Below, piece by piece: positions 56,167 through 64,000 of a stretch of DNA of 64,000 nt (position 1 is its first letter; each line of letters starts with the position of its first letter). Origin of the DNA: Gemmatimonadales bacterium (GTDB lineage Bacteria; Gemmatimonadota; Gemmatimonadetes; Gemmatimonadales; GWC2-71-9); NCBI GenBank assembly GCA_035602245.1, contig DATNMO010000022.1, positions 5,836-69,835 of the forward strand. The letters run 5' to 3'. The notes beneath the pieces were generated by a model. The model did not search any database. It was not told the origin of the DNA and saw only the letters and a list, made by a program, of their open reading frames with translations. The position numbers were made by a program, and so were the translations under genes.

Positions 56167-57269
56167 CGCATCACTCGTTCATACACGGCGAGGACTCGAT
56201 CCGCGATACGCGGCCAGGCGAAGCCCGCGGACTTCGTCAGTCCCGCCGCTGCCATCGTGGCGCGGCGTTGCGGATCACCGATCAGCTGCACGACGGCCCG
56301 CGCCCACGCCGACGGATCGTCGCGAGCGACCAGCACCGCTTCGCGGCCGCCGTCGATCAACTCGCGGAACCCCGTGATGTCGGAGACGACCATCGGCGTC
56401 CCGCAGGCCATCGCCTCGAGCAGAGTGATGCCGAACGACGCCTTGGTCGAGGGGCAGAGATAGAGATCGGCATCGCCGTAGTAGCGCGGCCGCGCGCCGT
56501 CCACCTGCCCCACGAATTGCACCGCGGCTCCCAGTGCGGCCGCCCGACGCTGGTAGTGACCGCGCAGCGGTCCGTCGCCCACCACGACGAGGCGGGTGCT
56601 CGGATAGTGCGTCAGGATCTGCGGCATCGCGGCGAGCACGTTCTCGAGTCCGTTGCGGGGATCGAGACGGCCGAGGAAGAGGAGGCGGGGGCTCTGGGTC
56701 AGGGCGTCCGCGGGCCGGCGGCCATCGGGGTGGAAGTACTCCACGTTGACGCCGTTCGGGATGATCTCCCAGTCGGCGCGGAAGTAGCGGGACATCGCCT
56801 CGACCACGGGAACGCTCACCGCGATGCAAGCCGCAACGCGATCGAGCCGCCGCTGCAGCAGCGGCCGGAAGAAGCGGTAGGCGAGGGAGTACTGAAACCA
56901 GGTGTGGGAGGTGGCAACCACGGGGAGGCCGAGGCGCCAGGCCGCGCTCGACGCCACGAGGCCGAGCGTCGGGGCGATCACATCGTGGACGTGGACGAGA
57001 TCGATGCGTCGTTCGCGCAGCAGATCGGTGACGCGGCGCGTCAGCCCCCATCCGGTCGTGACGCGCGCGAAGGAGCCGTTGCTGTAGATGACGCGGCTCG
57101 TCCCCACGCGCCAGACGAAGTCGGGGTCGTTCCGCTCGCCCGCCATGTGCGAGGTGATGATGGTGGCCTCGTGGCCGCGGCGGCGGAGCTCGAGGGCAAA
57201 GTTGTGGACGTGCTCGGTGACGCCACCGAGGTGGGGGTAGTAGAACTCCGTGACTAAGGCGACGCGCAT
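56163..57269 (-). CDS. GT4-family (GT-B) glycosyltransferase
   Basis: 368 aa from ATG 57269: MRVALVTEFYYPHLGGVTEHV, and C-terminal FGITLLEAMACGTPMVVSD (EX7E region). I reject the ORF-track start at 57296 because it would translate through the hairpin and T7 terminator-like element. Confidence 0.88.
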   Translation of the reverse strand: MRVALVTEFYYPHLGGVTEHVHNFALELRRRGHEATIITSHMAGERNDPDFVWRVGTSRVIYSNGSFARVTTGWGLTRRVTDLLRERRIDLVHVHDVIAPTLGLVASSAAWRLGLPVVATSHTWFQYSLAYRFFRPLLQRRLDRVAACIAVSVPVVEAMSRYFRADWEIIPNGVNVEYFHPDGRRPADALTQSPRLLFLGRLDPRNGLENVLAAMPQILTHYPSTRLVVVGDGPLRGHYQRRAAALGAAVQFVGQVDGARPRYYGDADLYLCPSTKASFGITLLEAMACGTPMVVSDITGFRELIDGGREAVLVARDDPSAWARAVVQLIGDPQRRATMAAAGLTKSAGFAWPRIADRVLAVYERVMR

Positions 57270-57273
57270 CCCC

Positions 57274-57292
57274 AAAAAAACGCGCGCCGCGT
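57274..57292 (-). terminator. Possible intrinsic terminator after tRNA(CAT)
   Basis: The minus strand reads ACGCG-GCG-CGCGT (57292-57280) running into TTTTTTT (57280-57274). A T7 run is conspicuous in this GC-rich sequence. The stem is only 5 bp. It ends 4 nt before the GT4 ATG. Confidence 0.35.
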
Positions 57293-57329
57293 CCAAAGGT
57301 CAATTGGAGAGACAATGCGGTAGGGAAAG

Positions 57330-57403
57330 TAGCGGCGGTCGGACTCGAACCGACGACCCGCGGATTATGATTCCGCTGCTCTAACCAGCTGAGCTACGCC
57401 GCC
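57330..57403 (-). tRNA. tRNA with CAT anticodon (elongator Met or lysidine-dependent Ile2; not initiator-like)
   Basis: Hand-folded: acceptor GGCGGCG/CGCCGCT (G1-U72), D arm GCTC-AGCTGGTTA-GAGC, anticodon arm GCGGA-ATCATAA-TCCGC, T arm GTCGG-TTCGAGT-CCGAC, discriminator A. It lacks the three G-C pairs at the bottom of the anticodon stem and the 1-72 mismatch typical of initiators. Confidence 0.85.
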
Positions 57404-57418
57404 ATCAGGGACAAAATC

Positions 57419-58630
57419 CTAGTGACCCCGCCGCCCTCCCGGTAGGGGCGGCCACCCTTTCGGCAGCCGCATGAGCCCCGGCCGGATCGGCTCGCTGCGC
57501 GCCGCCGCCCCGCTCGGCGTGGTCGCCGCCGCTACCGTGAGCACGTACGGGCCCGTCTCCTGCGCCGTGCTCGTCCCGACCAGAATGAGGAACGGACCCG
57601 CCGACGGCACCGCATACTCGATGTAAGCATTGGGGTTCCCGCTCGCGCTATCGTCGTTCGCGGCCACCTGGGTCCCGCCGCGATTAAAGAGCCGGAGGGT
57701 CGGGTTGATCGCCGCCGATCGCGCCGCGATGCGGAGCACGCTCCCGATTCGCGCGTAGATCGCCACGTTATCAAAGTAGTGCGCCGCCCCGCCGGTCGAG
57801 TCAACGCAGTCAGTCGGCATGATCGCGTCCGCGACCGTGACACCCCGCGTCACCCACACCAGGTTGCAATTGGCCAGTGTTGCCGGCCGCAGCTCCGCCG
57901 ATAGCGTGTACGGCCCGGTCATCATGGTATCCCACGAGCTGGGCGCGATGACGAAACTTCCGCCCGGCGCAGCAATGACGTCGATCCGCGAATGCGCGGT
58001 CGCTCCCGACGCGACGTCGCCGTTGAATGCCAGGTACTCGCCCCCCAAACGGTACAGCTCCACCCAGGTATCGAACGCGCTGGAGGACATGCTGATGTGC
58101 AGGCTTTGCTGCTCCGCCGGCAAATCCATCTTCAGAAAGTCCACGAAGAACAGGTTCCCATTGCAGTCGGTCTTGGTGAGTGAGCCGGACACGGTCGCGC
58201 CGAGCGCATAAGGCACGTAATAGGTGCAGGGATCCACCGCCGTGAGGTGAAAGTCGAACGGGTCGATCCCCCCCCCGCTGACGGCCGCGCGCACGACGAC
58301 CGGCCCGATCTGATTCCCGAGCGTGATCGTCGTGGACGCGGTACCCTGACCATCCGTCGTGGAGACTGCGGGACTCGGCGTGGCCGCGTCCGCCGGGGTT
58401 ACGGTCCAACTCACCGTCGCACCCTGCGAGGGCTTCCCGGTCGAACCGCGCACGACGAAGCTGAGTGGGAACGGAAGCTGGCTCCCCGTGGCCGCCACCT
58501 GGCTGTCGCCCACCACCCCGGTCACCGACGTCGGACGCCCCGGGACACCGGAATCAAGACAAGCAACTCCAACGCCGGCTGCGCACGCGAGGGCGCACGC
58601 GATGTGACGCGGCGGGCCCAGCCTAGTCAT
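57419..58630 (-). CDS. Lipoprotein: Ig-like (Big) domain + two Cys-bracketed beta-sandwich (pre-peptidase-C-terminal-like) modules, paralog B
   Basis: 403 aa from ATG 58630. Signal/lipobox ...AAGVGVAC. The Big-like segment VTGVVGDSQVAATGSQLPFPLSFVVRGSTGKPSQGATVSWTV is close to identical in paralog A. Two modules carry DPC...TDC and NC...TDC cysteines and ...LYRLGGEYLAFNGD / LRLFNRGGTQVAANDD strands. Confidence 0.7.
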   Translation of the reverse strand: MTRLGPPRHIACALACAAGVGVACLDSGVPGRPTSVTGVVGDSQVAATGSQLPFPLSFVVRGSTGKPSQGATVSWTVTPADAATPSPAVSTTDGQGTASTTITLGNQIGPVVVRAAVSGGGIDPFDFHLTAVDPCTYYVPYALGATVSGSLTKTDCNGNLFFVDFLKMDLPAEQQSLHISMSSSAFDTWVELYRLGGEYLAFNGDVASGATAHSRIDVIAAPGGSFVIAPSSWDTMMTGPYTLSAELRPATLANCNLVWVTRGVTVADAIMPTDCVDSTGGAAHYFDNVAIYARIGSVLRIAARSAAINPTLRLFNRGGTQVAANDDSASGNPNAYIEYAVPSAGPFLILVGTSTAQETGPYVLTVAAATTPSGAAARSEPIRPGLMRLPKGWPPLPGGRRGH

Positions 58631-59852
58631 GCCGGCGCAGTCCGGGGAGTTGCCGCGCCTCAGGCAGGGGCAGCGGCGCGAACGGCAACGGCTCCCTGCC
58701 CCTCCCCCATCCGGCTGTAGCACGCGGCCCCGGGCCCAGCGACACCGACCCGCCTGCCACCAGGGTATAGGCGCCGGTCGCGCCGGCAACCACGGTGCCG
58801 GGAGACACTACGTACACGGCCGTTACTACCACAGGGAAGTCGATGACGGCGTCGGTCGTCGTCGTCCCGTTGTTCGAGGCCGCCAACACGTACCCGGTGT
58901 CCCGTTGGATCCGGAAGAGTTTCAACTTGGGGTCGAACGCCGCTGAGTGCTGCGTGAACCGCAGGGTGTCGCCGAGAGTGGCGAACGCGATGATGCCAAG
59001 TTCATCGCGATAGGAGACTGGGGTTGTCGTTGAGTCCGGGCAATCGGTCGTGGCGATGTTATCGGTGATCGTGACGCCGCGCGTGATCCAGATCGCCTCG
59101 TTGCATCCCGCCACCGTCTGAGCCCGAACCGCCGACGTCAGCGTGTAGGGGCCAGTCGCGAACTCGAGGCGTGAATTGGGCGCGAGCACGTACGTACCGG
59201 GCGCGAGGATCATTTGCACCCGCGCATTCGTATTGCCCGGAGCGATGTCGTTAGCAAAGGCCATTTGCGGACCGCTGGCCCTGAACACATCGAGCCAGGC
59301 GTCGAAGCTGGGCGCGGTCTCGGTCGCGGTAACGCCTTGTTGCGACGTAATGGTGAATATGTAGAAGTCGGTGTAGTAATTGCCGCCAAACTTACAGTCC
59401 GAGGTGGTCAACGCGGCGTTGACGGTCGCGCCGATCGTATAGGACGCGGCGTACGCGCAGGGATCGATGACCAACGCATGGAAGACGACGGGCTGAATCC
59501 CCGTCACGTTAGCCCGGATGACCACGTCTCCGATAATCCCACCAAGCGTGACGGTGGTCGCCGCCGTGCCTTGGGCGTCGGTCGTAGAGACCGACGGCGC
59601 GAATGTCGCCCCGGCCGCCGGCGTCGCGGTCCAGGTCACCGACACGCCCGGCAGCGGTTGGCCACTCGCGCTGAGGACGACGAAGCTGAGGGGGAACGGG
59701 AGCTGGGTCCCGGCGGACGCCACCTGACTGTCACCGGCGATCCCGGTTACGGACGCCGCCGATAGGCCGGTGGAATTCTTGCCGCCACAAGCAACGGCGA
59801 GGCTGATCGCCCCGGCGAGCGATGCGAGGTGGAAACGAGACAGCGCGGTCAT
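58623..59852 (-). CDS. Lipoprotein: Ig-like (Big) domain + two Cys-bracketed beta-sandwich modules, paralog A
   Basis: 409 aa. Lipobox SLAVAC/GG. VTGIAGDSQVASAGTQLPFPLSFVVLSASGQPLPGVSVTWTA. Modules with DPC...TSDC and GC...TTDC cysteines. The stop overlaps the start of paralog B by 8 nt. Confidence 0.7.
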   Translation of the reverse strand: MTALSRFHLASLAGAISLAVACGGKNSTGLSAASVTGIAGDSQVASAGTQLPFPLSFVVLSASGQPLPGVSVTWTATPAAGATFAPSVSTTDAQGTAATTVTLGGIIGDVVIRANVTGIQPVVFHALVIDPCAYAASYTIGATVNAALTTSDCKFGGNYYTDFYIFTITSQQGVTATETAPSFDAWLDVFRASGPQMAFANDIAPGNTNARVQMILAPGTYVLAPNSRLEFATGPYTLTSAVRAQTVAGCNEAIWITRGVTITDNIATTDCPDSTTTPVSYRDELGIIAFATLGDTLRFTQHSAAFDPKLKLFRIQRDTGYVLAASNNGTTTTDAVIDFPVVVTAVYVVSPGTVVAGATGAYTLVAGGSVSLGPGPRATAGWGRGREPLPFAPLPLPEARQLPGLRRHD

Positions 59853-59864
59853 GAGGGTCCTCCG

Positions 59865-62146
<2,282 letters not shown>

Positions 62147-62150
<4 letters not shown>

Positions 62151-63106
62151 TGCGCGAAGTGATCGTACCCTGGAGGCATCGGGACCTGCTTGCCCGCCTG
62201 GACCAGCCGCGCCCCACCTCGCCGCCCGCCGGCGCCGCGCAGGCAGACGCCGATGCGGCTCAGGTGGATACCCGTGTCGGCCCGGAACTCCGAGGCGCTC
62301 GCGTCGCTGAACGTCGGCGGCATGGTGAGCAGCAGCTCGAATTCCTCCCCGCTCGCCACCGCGGCGAGCGCATCCACGCCCTCCCAACACGGGATGTGCT
62401 CCATGTCGATCTCGATGCCGACCTGAGAGGCCGCGGAAAGGTGCTGGGCGTCGGCGGCGAGACCGTCCGAGATGTCGATCATCGCGGTGGCGCCATGCGA
62501 CGCGAGCCACCGGCCCGCTTCAATCCGTGGCTCGGGACAGGCGTAGCGGTTGCGGAGCACGTCCGGGAGCTTCTTGCCCGCGTGGAACCCGGCCAGCGCG
62601 AGCGCGGCGCCCCCCAGATAGCCGGTGACCCACAGGCCGTCGCCCTCGTGCGCTCCCGCCCGGCGGACGGGTCGTTCGGCGGTGCCGAGCACGCACACGT
62701 CGATCAGGTAGCGGTCCGAGCGAACCAGATCACCGCCCAACACCCGCGCGCCGAGGTTGTGCACCATCGTCGCCACCCCCGCCATGATGTCGGCGGCGGG
62801 ATCGCTGCCGTTGGTAATGGCGGGGATCCCCAACGAGACGAGCACGCCGAATGGCGTCGCCCCGTCGGCGGCGAGATCGGAGAGCGCGGACCCTGCCGCC
62901 CGAAACCCGATGTCCTTGAAGTCGAGCCAATCGGTGCGGAAATGGACGCCTTCCAGGGAAGAGTCGACGCTCACAGCCAGCATTGTGCGGCCGAGCGGAA
63001 TGACCGCGCAGTCGTCCCCCAGGTCCTCGCCGTTGGCCCCGACCTCGGCGATGCGCTGGAAGATCGTGCGCAGGCGATCGAATTCCTTGCCAGGGCCGAG
63101 GTTCAT
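62147..63106 (-). CDS. thiL: Thiamine-monophosphate kinase
   Basis: 319 aa from ATG 63106: LGDDCAVIPL, VSVDSSLEGVHF, AIR-synthase-like fold pattern, DISDGLAAD. ATGA overlap with the upstream stop. Confidence 0.88.
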
Positions 63107-64000
63107 CGGATACGTACCAGGCCGCTGTCGGTGGCCACCCACAGGAAGTCGCGATCGGTCGTCACGTCGCGCACGGCGGCGGGGACCTCGAACGGCACCG
63201 GGTGCACACGAATAGACGCGCGCGCAATCTCAGCCTGCGCGAGGCCGAGCGTCCCACCGATCCAGAGCCCGCCGTTCGGATCAGCGGCGAGCGCGGTGGG
63301 GATGCCCAGGTTGAGCGGCAGGGGCATGGCGGTCCACGCATGCGATGTCGGATTCCGCCACAGCAGCTCTCTTTCGGTCACCATCGCGATGGTATCCTGA
63401 AGACGCGCCAGGGCGTACACCGGAACGCGCGAGCTGGGGCGATCGGCGAGTTCGGGAGGCGTCGTGATCGTCGCGGCTCCCGGAAGCAGCTGCCCCAGAC
63501 CGGCTGCCGTCCCGACCCACAGCGTCTCGCTGACCGCGAGCAGGCTCAGGATCGGCAGGCCGCTCCGACCGAGCGGCACAACGCGATCGTCCTGCGTGAT
63601 GACGGAGAGACCGCGCGTGGTCCCGACCCACACGCCGTCCGGCGCGCGCGCGAGACTCGTGGCGTTGGGCAGATCAAAGAGGCGCGCGCGGAACGACGCA
63701 GGATCGATGCGCAACACGCCCTGTTCCGTGGCCAGCCAGAGTTGATTCGCGGCGGTGAGCAGCCGCCGTGAATAGAGGAAGGTAAAGCCGAGCGCCGCAC
63801 CGCCCCCTTCGTTGGTGCGCGTCGCGGAGAGATCGGTGGCCACCCACGTCAGGCCACGCCGCTGGCCGGGCCGCGCGTTGGCAGCGGCCCAGATCCCATC
63901 CGGCGCCGATGCGACGGCGCCGACACCGGGAGCGACGAGTCCGTAACTGAGCACTTCCCATTCCCCCGTTTGCTTATCTACTCGCACCAACCCCATCCCG
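63103..64000 (-). CDS. Beta-propeller repeat protein (two-component-regulator-propeller-like), C-terminal part; the gene probably continues past the right edge
   Basis: Repeated units of the form xLW(V/L/I)(G/A)TxxGL: QLWLATEQGVLRI, GVWVGTTRGLSVI, TLWVGTAAGLGQL, GLWIGGTLGLAQA, FLWVATDSGLVRI. The frame is open to the window edge. Confidence 0.6.
   Translation of the reverse strand, partial: GMGLVRVDKQTGEWEVLSYGLVAPGVGAVASAPDGIWAAANARPGQRRGLTWVATDLSATRTNEGGGAALGFTFLYSRRLLTAANQLWLATEQGVLRIDPASFRARLFDLPNATSLARAPDGVWVGTTRGLSVITQDDRVVPLGRSGLPILSLLAVSETLWVGTAAGLGQLLPGAATITTPPELADRPSSRVPVYALARLQDTIAMVTERELLWRNPTSHAWTAMPLPLNLGIPTALAADPNGGLWIGGTLGLAQAEIARASIRVHPVPFEVPAAVRDVTTDRDFLWVATDSGLVRIR

Overview
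High-GC (~70%), very compact bacterial chromosome segment. I call 64 CDS and 3 tRNAs, and all but two CDS are on the minus strand. Gene content (DUF3098, DUF2723, ileS-dksA-like-lspA, MglA, CdaA, DivIVA) suggests an FCB-group or Gemmatimonadota-like diderm, but that is a low-confidence guess made without any search.

Layout by window coordinate; transcription runs right to left:
- 1-12980: dcw cell-wall/division cluster, rsmH-ftsL-ftsI-murE-murF-mraY-murD-ftsW-murG-murC-ftsQ-ftsA. It has no mraZ, ddl or murB.
- 13.0-16.1 kb: tRNA-Asp, a TPR protein, tRNA-Val and two small or HExxH proteins.
- 16.1-33.4 kb: an 18-gene operon in which an MglA/MglB-type small-GTPase module is nested inside a chemosensory gene set. 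The module includes three Roadblock-domain genes, two PATAN/DUF4388-TPR paralogs, a 909-aa TPR protein and a tandem-duplicated DnaA-like AAA+ protein lacking a DNA-binding domain. The che set is cheW-Y-A-C ... cheR-D-B-W-W, and no receptor (MCP) gene is present.
- 33.4-40.5 kb: a Firmicute-like block, yggS-divIVA-PNP-ileS-dksA/ylyA-like-lspA-rluD.
- 40.5-53 kb: DUF2723 GT-C-like protein, cdaA, folP, a MacAB-like efflux cassette, ftsH, hpt and tilS.
- 53-57.3 kb: two plus-strand genes, then a glycosyltransferase-deacetylase-flippase-like trio.
- 57.3-64 kb: tRNA(CAT), two tandem paralogous lipoproteins, ftsB-eno, plsC, thiL and a truncated beta-propeller gene.

The most interesting candidate for something undescribed is the nested Che/MglA operon, and within it the double DnaA-like ATPase coupled to mglA.

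All domain calls come from reading motifs in the translations. No BLAST, HMM or folding was run. Many gene starts are my own choices inside longer ORF-track entries, and this is flagged where relevant. The numerous long plus-strand ORFs are treated as high-GC antisense shadows.
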